Source: Octopus vulgaris
Taxonomy: Eukaryota
Reading direction: 5' to 3'
Assembly (NCBI GenBank): GCA_951406725.2
Contig: OX597821.1
Coordinates: 111,910,001-111,974,000 of the forward strand
DNA length: 64,000 nt
Part shown: in pieces, positions 28,400-41,272 of the stretch
Position numbering within the stretch: the first letter of the stretch is position 1
How the letters are laid out: every line of letters begins with the position of its first letter
Program-made: the position numbers and the translations under genes
Notes under the pieces: generated by a model
What the model was told of the DNA's origin: nothing
The model's input: only the letters and a program-made list of their open reading frames with translations
The model's database searches: none

Positions 28400-28803
28400 T
28401 CACGAGCTGGCAGAAACGTTAGCACGCCGGGCAAAATGCTTAGCCGTATTTCGTCTGCCGTTACGTTCTGAGTTCAAATTCTGCCGAGGTCAACTTCGCC
28501 TTTCATCCTTTCGGGGTCGATAAATTAAGTACCAGTAATGCACTGGGGTCGATATAATCGACTTAATCCATCTGTCTGTCCTTGTTTGTCCCCTCTGTGT
28601 TTAGCCTCTTGTGGGTAGTAAAGAAATAGGTATTTCGTCTGCCATTACGTTCTGAGTTCAAATTCCGCTGAGGTCGACTTTGCCTTTCATCCTTTCGGGG
28701 TCGATAAATTAAGTACCAGTTAAGCATTAGGGTTGATGTAATCAACTTAATCCATTTGTCTGTCCCCTCTGTGTGTAGCCCCTTGTGGGCAGTAAAGAAA
28801 TAG
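28400..28803 (+). mobile_element. SINE family A tandem dimer nested in a family D SINE
   Basis: Two body+tail units; the host D element resumes at ggtaaag on both sides. Other A dimers or clusters at about 16990-17352, 42515-42928, 43050-43370, 49700-50375 and 52745-53562; single copies at about 3835, 5991, 18288, 18600, 37208 and 54560. Confidence 0.8.
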
Positions 28804-29416
28804 GTAAAGACTGATACAGCTTGGCACCAGTGATGCTCCAACTCATTTCAACGGCTGAGTAGACTGAAGCAAAATGAAAATAAAGTGTTTTGCTCAAGAA
28901 CACAACATACAGCCTGCTCTGGGAATTGAACCACCTAACACATGATTGTGAGTCCGATGCTCCAACCACTGAGCCATGGTAAATGGAAGCACCACCATGA
29001 CTACACCTGTGGCTAAGGAGGCTCACACTTGTGAAGCAGACATGACTACACTGATCATACATACATGCATACCAGAACAAAAAATTTGAAACAAGTTCAA
29101 TCCCACCTCTTTACGACGAGTTACCTGACACCATCCAATCCTCATAAAGTCTGTCTTAGTGACACATCCTAAATATTTCCTAATGAGATTTAACCGAATG
29201 CTTCAAATATTTCTCCTGCATTAATTGGCAGACAAAATGCAAGCATCCATGAAGCTTTTATAGATTTCCTTTTTACCTTTGGCAAACATTACGACAGGTA
29301 TGCTGTTATTGTTGTTGACATCTCAATTAAATTTCCATTTGCAATATAAAACGTTGCCACACCTTTTGTAAGTTTATGTTTGTATATGTGTGTGTATCTG
29401 CCTCTCTCTCTCTTTT

Positions 29417-29493
<77 letters not shown>

Positions 29494-30464
29494 CATACAT
29501 ACATATTTATATATATGTATACATATAGATATCTATACATATATTTATATATATTTATACATACATACATATATATATATGTAATTGGTTGTGTTTGTTA
29601 TAAAAACAACTTTTATATGAAATTGAAGATTACTCAATATATATTTATATAGTCACATGCCATCGTAAGTGTGTGTGTGTGTATGTGTATATATATATAT
29701 ATCATCATCATCATCATCATCGTTTAACGTCCGTTTTCCATGCTAGCATGGGTTGGACGGTTCAACTGGGGTCTGGGAAGCCAGGAGGCTGCGCCAGGAG
29801 GCTGCGCCAGGAGGCTGCGCCAGGAGGCTGCGCCAGGCCCAGTCTGATCTGGCAGTGTTTCTACAGCTGGATGCCCTTCCTAACGCCAACCACTCCAAGA
29901 GTGTAGTGGGTGCTTTTTATGTGCCACCTGCACAGGTGCCAGATGAGGCTGGCAAATGGCCACGATCGGATGGTGCTTTTTACATGCCACCGGCACGGGG
30001 GCCAGACGAGGCTGGCAACGGCCACAATCGGATGGTGCTTTTTACGTGCCACCGGCACGGAGGCCAGTCGGGGTGGGGCTGGCAATGGCCACGTTCGGAT
30101 GGTTCTCTTACGTGCCACCGGCACTGGTATCTCAGCTACAATTTCCATTGATGTTGAGAGATTTCAATTTCTATTTTGATTTTGATTTTCACTTGCCTCA
30201 ACAGGTATATATATATATACCAGTGGCACATAAAAAGTACCATCCGATCATGTCCATTTGCCAGCTTCGCCTGGCACCTGTGCCGTGGCACATAAAAAGC
30301 ACCCACTACACTCACGGAGTGGTTGGCATTAGGAAAGGCATCCAGCCATAGAAACATTGCCAGATCAGACTGGGCCTGGTGCAGCCTTCTGGCTTCCCAG
30401 ACCCCTGTTGAACTGTCCAACCCATGCTATCATGGAAAGCGGATGCTGAATGATGATGATATAT

Positions 30465-30503
<39 letters not shown>

Positions 30504-30637
30504 GATAAGATAAAAAAACACGGAAGATTTGTTTTACAAGATTTAAGAGTATATAAGAGCCATGATAATAAAGATACTATGGAATTTTTTACATTATTTA
30601 CATTTGATGGATATTTGTCCTCATCTTGTTTGTTGTT

Positions 30638-30683
30638 AACACAACGTTTCTGCTGATATACCCTCCAACCTTCATCAGGTGTC
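30638..30683 (-). ncRNA. Hammerhead-like motif in copy A left arm
   Basis: GACAC-CUGAUGA-A-GGUUG(loop)CAGCA-GAAAC-GUU-GUGUU; core intact, stem II partly decayed. Confidence 0.6.
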
Positions 30684-30754
30684 TTGGGGAAATTTTGAAC
30701 CTGGGTTCTCATTCCTAAGGTATTTTTCCATGTTATCATTTTTATTATTATTAT

Positions 30755-32665
30755 TTTTCTTTTTATAGCGTGCTTTCACTTCACTACCGAGCACAGCTCT
30801 GTGTGCCTTGGGTATGTGCTGTGATTTGTTGTGATGCTCTGATGGTTATTGTATGGCAAGTGTTCTGCGTAGGATGTGTGCAGTGCCTAGTAGTGCAATT
30901 TTCTGTATGTTATATGTGTTTGTAAGTCCTGGTGTTTCTGTTATGTATTTGTCTGAATATTTTTTTATCATGTCTAATGCACCTATTATGATAGGAATTG
31001 TTTCTGTTTTTAGATTCCACATTCTGGTTACCTCTATTTCCAGGTCTTTGTATTTTGAAAGTTTTTCCATTTTTTTTAGAGACACGTTGTCATCTGCTGG
31101 TATTGATACATCAACTAGAAAGCAATTTTTTTCTTCATGATCTCTGACAACTATATCTGGTCTGTTGGCCTTAATTTCTCTATCTGTGTGTATTGGCATA
31201 TCCCAGAGTATGGTTGCTTTCTCGTTTTCTGTGACCTTTTCTGGTGTGTGCCTATACCATCTTTTTTCTGTTGTTATTTCATAATGTTGGCATAGTTTCC
31301 AGTGTATATAGGTCTCAACTCTGTCATGTCTGTGAATATATTCCTTCTTAGCCAGGACTGGGCAGCCAGAGATAATATGATTTATTGTTTCTTGTCCATC
31401 TCCACATATTCTAAAGTTACTTGTTATATTTCTTTTCATTACATGTTTTTGGTAATTTCTGGTGGGGAGGCTTTGGTCTTGTGCTGCAATTAAAAATCCT
31501 TCTGTCTCTGCTTTGAGTCCTGAGCTTCTCAACCATTGCTGGGATTTTTCTTTGTCTATTTCTTTTGCATTTAGTTTAGTCCAGTATTTGCCATGAAGGG
31601 GCTTTTCTTGCCATCGTTTTATCATGGTTCATTGCTGTTCTATTTTTAGTTTGGATTTCATTTGTTTTATAGCTTTTGTTGTTTCTTCATCTTCATATTT
31701 GTTAGGTGGTATGATTTCTTGTTTGTATTTATCAGCTTCCTTAAATACTGAGAACAGTTTTTTTGTTTTGCTCGTGTTTTGCCGCTATTTGTATCAGTTT
31801 TCCTTCCTTCTGAAGTAGATATTTTTGCAGTCCTATGGTGGTTATTTTATAATAGCTTTCCAGCTGTATAAGGCCTCTACCACCTTCTATACGTTGTATA
31901 TATATAGCCTTTCTATGTCAGATTTTGGGTGATGCATCCTAGATCCTGTCATTTTGTCTTGTTTTCCTATCTATTTTGGACAGTTCATTTCGTGTCCAGT
32001 TAAGGATATTGTAGCTGTAACTTATAAATGGGACAGCTAAAGTGTTGATACCTATTATCTTGTTTTTAGCATTGAGCTCTGTTTTTAGTATTGATCTAAC
32101 TCGTCTGTAATATTCTTTCTTTATTTTCTCTTTCATTTGTGTGTGTTGTGTCTTATCTAGTTCATGGATTCCTAAGTATTTGTAAGTTTGGCTTTGGTCC
32201 AATTCTTTTATTTCATTGGTTTCATCTAGTGTGATGTTGCTACTCTTAACTAGTTTTCCTCGTTTCAGGGTTACTTTGGCGCATTTCTCCAATCCAAATT
32301 TCATATCTATTTTTTTGGTAAGTCCATGAACTGTCTTTAGTAGTGTTCCCAGCTATTTGTCATTTGTGGCGTATAGTTTTAGGTCATCCATATATAAAAG
32401 GTAGCTGATCGTTTTGCAGTAACATTTATATCCGCATCCAGTTCTGTTTAGCATATCTGATAGAGGTGACAGTGCCAAGCAGAAAAGGAGTGGAGAGAGC
32501 GTGTCTCCCTGGAATATTCCTCTTCTAATGGGGATGGCTTTGGTTTTCACAAGTCCCTCTTTTGTTTGGGGCTGTAGCACTGTCTGCCATTTATTCATAG
32601 AGTGTCCTATGTATTTTATAATGGTTGGTGCAACTTTGTTAATGGCTAGTATTTCGAGGATCCAT

Positions 32666-32666
<1 letters not shown>
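30755..32666 (-). mobile_element. 5'-truncated R4/Dong-type non-LTR retrotransposon (RT, zinc knuckle, restriction-like endonuclease), disrupted
   Basis: GIFQGDTLSPLLF, YMDD, MKFGLEKCA and YKYLG RT motifs; (C>F)RICGDGQETINHIISGC knuckle; RHD, RPDIV...VDVSIP and KLSKY RLE motifs; short 3'UTR; (TAA)n on both flanks. Confidence 0.92.
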
Positions 32667-32700
<34 letters not shown>

Positions 32701-32822
32701 ATTATTACTTAGGTCACTGCCTGAAATTGAACTTGGAATCTTGTGGTTAGTAGTCCATGCTTCTTACCCTACGATTCCGGGCTACTAACCTCAAGATTCT
32801 GATTTCGATTCCAAGCAGTGAA

Positions 32823-32875
<53 letters not shown>

Positions 32876-33229
32876 CATCGAAAAATACCTTAGGAATGAG
32901 AACCCAGGTTTGAAAATTCCCCAAGACACCAGATAAAGGCTGGAGGGTGTATCAGTTGAAACGTGCTAACAACAAACAAGATGAGGACAAGTATCCGTCA
33001 AATGTAAATAAGGTACATAATTCCTTATCTTAAATATAGAACTGTATAATAGAATTTTATGGTTTTGCTTCCCCAGTAAAATATTTTCTACCATATACAT
33101 ACATCATCATCATTTAGCGTCCGTTCTCCATGCTAGCATGGGTTGGACGGTTCAACTGGGGTCTGTGAAGCTGGAAGGCTTCATCAGGCCCAGTCAGATC
33201 TGGCAGTGTTTCTACGGCTGGATGCCATG

Positions 33230-33695
33230 AACGGATGGTGCTTTTACGTGTCACCGGCACGGGGGCCAGACAGAGCTGGCAAACGGCCACGAAACGGATG
33301 GTGCTTTTACATGTCACTGGCACGGGGCCCAGGCGAGGCTGGCAACGGACACGAACGGATGGTGCTTTTACGTGCCACCAACACGGGGGCCAGACAGGGT
33401 TGGCAATGGCCATGAACGGATGGTGCTTTTACGTGTCACCGGCATGGGGGCCAGACAGAGCTGGCAAACGGCCACGAATGGATGGTGCTTTTACGTGTCA
33501 CCGGCACCGGGGCCCGGCGAGGCTGGCAACGGACACGAATGGATGGTGCTTTTACATGCCACCGACACGGGGGCCAGACAGGGTTGGCAATGGCCATGAA
33601 CGGATGGTGCTTTTACGTGTCACCGGCATGGGGGCCAGGCAGGGCTGGCAAACGGCCATGAACGGATGGTGCTTTTACGTGTCACCTGCACGGGG
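33230..33695. repeat. 61-63 bp tandem array (about 7.5 units) inside a family C element
   Basis: atggtgctttt recurs at 33235, 33298, 33359, 33420, 33482, 33543, 33604 and 33666. Confidence 0.95.
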
Positions 33696-33849
33696 ACCCT
33701 GATGTTGATTGACCTCAATTTGGTTCTGCTTTCTGATATATGTATTGATTTGGTTTGATTTTGATCTTGACTGTTCTCACTGGTCTTGCCGGGTTTTCTC
33801 ACGCACAGCATACTTCCAAAGGTCTCAGTCTCACACACATATATATAAA

Positions 33850-34016
33850 CCTAGGAGTAGGTATGGCTGTTTGAAAAGAAGCTTGCTTCCCAACCACATG
33901 GTTCAGGGTTCAGTCCCACTGTGTGTCACCTTGGGCAAGTGTTTTCTACCATAGCCTCAAGCCAACCAAAGCCTTGTGAGTGGATTTGGTAGATGGAAAC
34001 TGACAGAAGCCTGTCG

Positions 34017-34049
<33 letters not shown>

Positions 34050-34280
34050 GTTTGTGTGTCTGCGTTTGTACCCCCACCACCACCACCATCGCTTGACAAC
34101 CAATGTTGGTTTGTTTATGTCCCCATGACTTCATGGTTTGGCAAAAGTGTCTGACAAAATAAGTACCGGGTTTTCAAAAAATCAGTACTGGAGTCAATTC
34201 ATTCGACTAAAATTCTTCAAGGCAGTGCCCCAGGATGGCTGCAGTCTAATGATTGAAACAAGTAAAAGATAGAGGATAAA
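33850..34280 (+). mobile_element. SINE family B
   Basis: Same consensus; also at about 39688-40035 and 59380-59705. Confidence 0.8.
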
Positions 34281-35459
34281 AATACTTGTGTGTGTGTGTG
34301 TGTACCATATTTCCTGCTATTACTCATGGTGGCAATCAAAGCAATGATTCACAATGGTTCCCAATAAGTCAAAACAAATACATCTTAAGAAATTTTTCGT
34401 TACTTCAACCAGTGAAAATGAATCTAATGAATCTGTTTAGTAAAAGATGCGACTTATTTCCACTTTACTTTCTCAATACATGTTGAGATAAACAAGTTTT
34501 TCTTTTATTTTCCTTTCAAATTTACTCACGTCTCCGAATTGATTTAAAGAATATAATATTGAAAGGTTTTGCAGCTAAAGCAGTACAAGAATTTTTGAAG
34601 TGTTAGTTGTTTCAATAATTGTATAAATTCATTTAGACAATTTCTATCTCCTTTTTCACTTTCAAGACTCTTAATTAAATCATCATAATTGTCATAATTA
34701 TTTTAACATCCACTTTTCTATGCTTGCATGAATCAGATGTAATTCCTTGAAACAGATGTTACATGTATGCATGTGTGTATAAGTGTATACACACACATGT
34801 ATATATTTATATCAGCATCATCATCATCATTTAATATCTGATTTCCATGCTGCCATGGGTTGGACGGTTTGACTAAGGACTGGCAAGCGAGCAGGCTGTG
34901 CCAGGCTCCAATCTGATCTTGCAAGGTTTCTACAGCTGGATGCCCTTCTTCATGCCAACCACTCCGAGAGTGTAGTGGGTGCATTTTACATACCACTGGC
35001 ATCACCCATGATCGGATGGTGCTTTTTCTGTGCCAGTGGCATGGAAGGCAGTCAAAGTGGCACTGGCATCGACCACACTCATATGGTGCTTTTTACATGC
35101 CACCAGCACAAGAGCCAGTCTGGTGACACTGGCACCAACCACACTTGTATGATGCTTTTTAAGTGCCAGCTGCAAGGGTGCCAGTCAGGCGGTACTGGCA
35201 TCAGCCACAAAAATGACTTCGCTTGACTCAACAGGTCTTCTCAAGCACAACATATTGCCTGACGATTGAAGGGTACCCTTAATATATATTTATATATTGT
35301 CATATGTCAGGATCAGCATTTTCTTTTTCTTGCCAAATAAACACAGGCACTTTATATGCATTCTCAAACACTTTATTATTACTCATATTTTATGTCATGG
35401 AGTGGAAATCTTTTGTCATACACCTGTGATGTCTTCAGTGACTCTCCATCTCATATCTC

Positions 35460-35531
<72 letters not shown>

Positions 35532-35732
35532 ATACAAGTGTAACTGCCCGAAACAGTCATGACTTCTGGTACTTTACTGAAGAAAGAAGGCCACAATTGA
35601 CCTGTCTTTTTTGCCTGTCCTTCTAATTGTTGTTTCACTTATCCACCTTTGTATTGTCTATCTGTCCAAATGTTTTATTGCCTTCTATTGTTTTTGTTCC
35701 ATTTATATATATATACATATATGTTGTGTATG

Positions 35733-35769
<37 letters not shown>

Positions 35770-36034
35770 GTATAGTCTTTTATACTTCAGTTTGTTAAAA
35801 ATTATATTTTAATTTTTAATGCTTTCAAAAAAGAAAGTTTCTGAAATGGACTACATTTTGATGTAGTTAATAAATAATTAGATTTACTCCAATCATATTC
35901 ATTTCACCATAACTGAAGACTTTTCAGATTCTACAGAGGAAAAATTCAAAGAATTCTTTAATATCAAAAGGATGATGGCTCACGGTTACTATTGGTGACG
36001 TCAACATGAAGTCATTTTATATGGAATATTTTAA

Positions 36035-36228
36035 CCATGTAGCATTCAGATCATTCACATCGGTTTGAATTAATCATACATCAACTTGTAGCTTTGAGAT
36101 TTGATAGGTGTGATTGTTTATTTTAGAATGGCATTGTAGGGTAGGTGCAAGAAGCTGGATCTGGACAGCTTAATCACAAAACAAGTGGAATATTTGGGCC
36201 TGATATGACCAGTTTAAATGTGAAAGAG
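36035..36228. mobile_element. Degenerate piggyBac-type MITE
   Basis: TTAA|ccatgtagcatt ... aatgtgaaagag|TTAA, imperfect TIRs. Confidence 0.45.
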
Positions 36229-38150
36229 TTAAATATCTGAAATAGTCTTCCATACCATTTGTCAATAAGACCAAAACAACTAATGATGGTTGTCTTTTAC
36301 AGAAGAACAAAGAATATGAGGATTCCAAACCTTAATTGGATAATATGAGATTAATAACAGACGGTTAGTTCCTTGCTGTGCACTTCTGACCAACAAACTT
36401 AATGTAGACACCAATTTTGAGTTCTGTAATTGAATACTCACCAAATATGGCATCAAGAGATTTGACTCTAACCTTGTTAGGTTTGTTCTGGCCAAACAAA
36501 CCAGCTGCAATAAAAGTTTCCGATGTAATAAAAGTTTCAGATGTAATGAGGATTTCTGGTGCTTTTCCATCTTGAAGATATCCCAGCATTCAATATCTTT
36601 GTCCATTTGGAAAATATCCAATGGGTTTACTTTATTTAAGCAACAGTGGCACAGCAGACACAATTTCCATGAGACTCAAGCCATACCACTTATTTGAAGC
36701 AGTTCCAGTGTGAACCCTTAACAGATATTGCTCTGTCTTTAGAAACAATACATGGAACCATAAAGGATGGAGGTGAAGGTAGTAATGTACCAATAAGAGT
36801 ACATATTCCACTGAGGTTGTTTTTGCTTTTCATCATTTTGGGGTCAACAAAATAATGGGCTGGGTGTAATTGACTTTCAGGGTGTGAACATAAAAACTAC
36901 ATCTCTCTGTCAAGTCATGTCGAACGAGTGTGACAGAATAGGATCATCAAACCATTACAATCTCAATCCATTGTCTGGTGGAGAGAATATGCTGAGCCCT
37001 TCATCCTGAGGCAGTGGATTGAGCATGGGCAATTAACCCCAATGTACCCTTATTGAAAACCAACCTGATTTAAGTTTTAGCAAAAACATTGGAAGAGAAT
37101 CAACACTACATGTCACTCAAAATAAATAGTTCTTTCTGTGACTTCTCCACAAAGTGCAAAATTCAGGTTCATTTGAAGATCTTTGGACAGTCAATGCTAA
37201 AGTTTATACCTATTTCTTTACTACCCACAAGGGGCTAAACACAGAGAGGACAAACAAGGACAGATAAACGGATTAAGTCGATTATATTGATCCCAGTGCG
37301 TAACTGGTACTTATTTAATCGACCCTGAAAGGATGAAAGGCAAAGTTGACCTCAGCAGAATTTGAACTCAGAACGTAGCGGCAGACGAAATACACCAACA
37401 GAGAGACTTGTTTATACTTGGATTGCTGAAGAATGATGTCCAACATGGTGCAACATAATCATAAGATTCTTTAACTGAAACATCCAAGACTCTTAAGGTT
37501 TTTTCACCATGTTGTGAACCATCCAGACTGCTTCAGTTTTGACACAGTCTTGTCAAGGATTTTGAGCATCACTTCTAACAGATGTACCATGGTGTGGAAG
37601 ATGGGTGTACAGACGAAATTTATAATGCAACTCTTATCGACAAACTTGACAATGTAAATGAGTAAGAATTTCCAAGATACGGTCTCCTTTAAACTTCGGC
37701 ACACAGAAGTCAATAATCTTGCAATAAGAATTTGGAAAGTGGAACCATATAACATTGCCACATCAATAGCATTTGTCAATGACAATGGAACCAAACTCAT
37801 TGCAGCAGACAGAGAAATAATCTATTCAACTACGTCTGAGTCGGTTTAGAGATAACAAATTGAGGTTTGGTTCTTTTGGTGGAACTGAAAAGACATTCCT
37901 GATTGGTCTATTGCTTACCAAAGTCTGTCACTTTTGTGACCTCTCTCTCTAAATATATATATGTTAAATAAAATGAGACAATAAAGCAAGGCTGTGAGGA
38001 ATTTTTCAAGACACCACTTTCCTTGGATAATAGAACTGTAACTATAGCATCTTTATACATTTTTATTTCATTTCCACATCCATTCTTCTTTTCTAAAATA
38101 ACACCTTATATTGAATTCTAATATTTCTCTCTATTTAACCATCTCACATT

Positions 38151-38198
38151 GTCTCTGATGAAGGGATATCCCTGATATCTCAGAAACAGCTGTAAGAT
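38151..38198 (+). ncRNA. Minimal type-I hammerhead ribozyme motif
   Basis: GUCU-CUGAUGA-A-GGGAUAUC-CCU-GAUAUCUC-A-GAAAC-AGCU-GUA-AGAU. Confidence 0.7.
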
Positions 38199-39088
38199 TA
38201 ACTTTCTCTTTATAAATGTCCTGAAAATTCCACACAGCCTTGGTTTTGTTGTCACATTTTATTTAACATATACATTCTCATACAAAACCAGCTTTAGACT
38301 TCTCACTCATATCATTATTGAACTGAGATTTTAATTATAGTCCTTCCATAGCATTACCTGCTACCTTGGGTCTTTTGGATACCAATACCTCTCATATATA
38401 TATATATATATATAAACAAAAAAGTCCAGTGAAATCAGTGAAGGTAGAGTCAGTAGATCCAGTGGTAATCTGGGTGGAGCACTGGTATGTGGATGAGGAG
38501 AGTTCAGGAAGTGGTTCAGATATGCAAATCCAAAGAGTAAGAAGTTCAATCAGGATCAAACTGAAGTAACCACGTGAGTGTATAAAATATAGTTGAAATT
38601 TATAGAAAAAAATAATCGAAGACAGGTGTATTAGTTTGACGCTTGGGAAAATGAAAAAGTCTTTCACATTTTGAGTTTAAAAGCTGCATTTTTCTTTGGT
38701 TATAGCTGCAACATTCCTTCTTGAGTGCACATTCTGCTGCCAAGTATCTCTTGGGCTTTGGCACAAAGAATTCACTTGTTTGCAATATTTCTTAGAATTT
38801 TGGTATTGAGTGAGTTCTTAAGAGATTCCAGATGATTGTTTGAAAATGCATAATGACTCACTGGACAACTCTGGTGGCGCTGAGAAGAACATCTGGGGAA
38901 GACTTACATGACAATGGATCTTAAATGGGAAACAACAGTTGTACTTTTTGACTTCGGATGGCACTGACTAGGTAGAATGGTCAGTGAGCTGGACAAAATG
39001 CTTGGTGAGGTTTCTTCCAGCTCTTTGCTTTCTAGGTTCAAATCCTGCTCAGGACAACATTATTTTTTATTCATTCAGGGTTGATAAA

Positions 39089-39391
39089 CTTACTTACTTG
39101 TACTTGTGGTGACATTCACCCTGGGTGGATTGAGTCGGCTTCTTCTATTCATGGAAGAAATTTCGTGGGAATATGTGGATTTCACAAGTGGTTCCCAACA
39201 ATCCCGCATGTGGAGACATCCTGTTTGCCGCAGATTGTCCGTAGACGCAGGGACAGAACGACCGAGGAGCCGCCAGTGGCCGAAACAGACACTCCAAGGA
39301 TTTTCACCAAAGCCCCCATCTGCCGGGTTGTGGCCCTAATACCACTCAGTGTCAGACCAATCTGTCTTGAGTGGCCCTACCAGGAACCGGA
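39089..39391 (-). mobile_element. Short RTE-like non-autonomous insertion with 9-bp TSD inside a SINE A
   Basis: gttgataaa at 39080-88 and 39392-400; (GTAA)n tail on the minus strand; cctggtagggcc 5' motif. Confidence 0.55.
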
Positions 39392-40925
39392 GTTGATAAA
39401 AGTACCAGTTGAACAATGGAATTGGCATAATTGTCTTAATCTTTCCCTTAAAACTGCTGGCCTTGTGCCAAAATTTGGAACCATTATCTGTTGACTTCCA
39501 TCAAACCTGACCAGTGACCAGTGACTTCTAAAAAGGCCAAACACCAATGAAATCTATTCTTGCTTTAAACCATTATCAAATTTAATTGAAGTTAAATATC
39601 TTCAAACTGTCTACAAACAAGAGAATCAACCATTTTGGAGATCAGCCGTTTCACCATTTTGATAAAAAGTTTGTTACAATAGATGCAGACATGGCTGTGT
39701 GGTTAAGAAGCTTGTTTCCCAACCACATAGTTCCAGGTTCAGTTCCTGTGTGACACCTTGAGCAAGTGTCTTCTACTATAGTCCCAGGCCTGTCATATAT
39801 ACATGTACGTATGTGTGAGTGTCTGTCCACTGTTCATGTTTGTCCAACTCCACTGCTTGACAACCAGTGTTGGTTTGTTTACACCCCCATCACTTTGTAG
39901 TTCAGCAAAAAAATCGAACAGAATGAGTACCAGACTTTAAAATAAGAAGTGGGGTCGATTTGTTTGACTAAACCCTTTAAGATGGTGCCCCAGCATGGCC
40001 ACAGCTCAGTGACTGAAACAAGTAAAAGAAAAATAAGATTTGCAGAGGAATGGTTTCCTTCCAACAGTAAAATGGCATTATGAATCTAATTCTCAGAAAT
40101 GAAATTATTAAGAGAACAGATCCATTGATAACAATGGCGTTTAGCACCATTGTTAACTAAACCCAAATGACAATATGAAGAATATTTGAGTCTTTGAGTC
40201 TACAGCTTCAACTGTCAGTTGTTCAAGGCATTTCCAGGAAATATTCATATCCGCAATAAATCCCAGAGGCAAATATGGAATGCGTCTTGAAGAATATTGC
40301 TTTGCTGTTGACCACTTTTATATTGGAGGTTCAAATGTTGGAAGAGCTCATAATTTCTTGCTCTGGGGATTTTTACCATTTCCCTCTTCTTGTTCCTTTC
40401 CTGTCTTTCTAGTTATTTGGTAACCTCAGTTGTATCAGAGGGAATCATCATCATCATCGTTTAACATCCATTTTCCATGCTAGCATGGGTTGGACGGTTC
40501 AACCAGGGTCTGGGAAGCCAGGGGGCTGCACCAGGCCCAGTCTTATCTGGCAGTATTTCTACAGCTTGATGCCCTTCCTAATGCCAACCACTCCGTGAGT
40601 GTAGTGGGTGCTTTTTATGTGTCAACGGCATGGAGGCCAGTCAAGGTGGCGCTGGCAACGGCCACGTTCGGATGGTTCTTTTACATGCCATCAGCACTGG
40701 TATCATAACTACAATTTCCATTGATTTTTTGATTGATTTCGATTTCACTTGCCTCAACAGGTCGGAAAAAAAAAGCACCCACCACACATTGGAAAGCACT
40801 TGACATTACGAAGAGCATCCAGCTATGAATACCATGCTAAAGTGGACGATGGAGCTTGGTGCAGCCCTGCATCTTGTTGGATGTAGTCAAAATGTCCAAC
40901 CCATGACAACATAGAAAACAGATAA

Positions 40926-41228
40926 TACAGTTCTCTATTTAAGAGATGAGGAATTATGTACATTGTTTACATTTGACGGATATTTGTCCTCATCTTGTTT
41001 GTTGTTAACACGTTTCGTCTGATATACCCCCCAGCCTTCATCAGGTGTCTTGGGAAAATCTTGAACCTGGGTTCTAATTCCTAAGGTATTTTTCAATGTT
41101 ATTATTATTATTATTATTATTGTTATTATTATTATTATTATTCAGGTCGCTGCATGGAATCAAACTCGGAATCTTGCCCACAAGCATATGGTGTAGTGGT
41201 TAAGAGTGCAAGATTCCGAAGGCAGTGA

Positions 41229-41272
<44 letters not shown>

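Larger units (their letters stand above)
30590..33046. mobile_element. Same inverted hammerhead-bearing element (copy A), left arm split by the R4/Dong insertion
   Basis: 30590-30754 plus 32667-32773 form the minus arm and about 32777-33046 the plus arm; high similarity to 40926-41416. Confidence 0.75.

Noticed and set aside
32925-32970. Hammerhead in the right arm of copy A
   Set aside because: Homologous position, but the core is mutated (cagataa) and the cleavage triplet is deleted, so not called functional.
33230-33695. CRISPR-like repeat/spacer appearance
   Set aside because: The variable segments are homologous to each other and recur, the array lies inside a eukaryotic interspersed repeat, and there are no cas genes.
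35400-35445. Minus-strand ctgaaga...tgac-aaaa hammerhead-like relic
   Set aside because: Needs two assumed CpG reversions and helix III is unconvincing.
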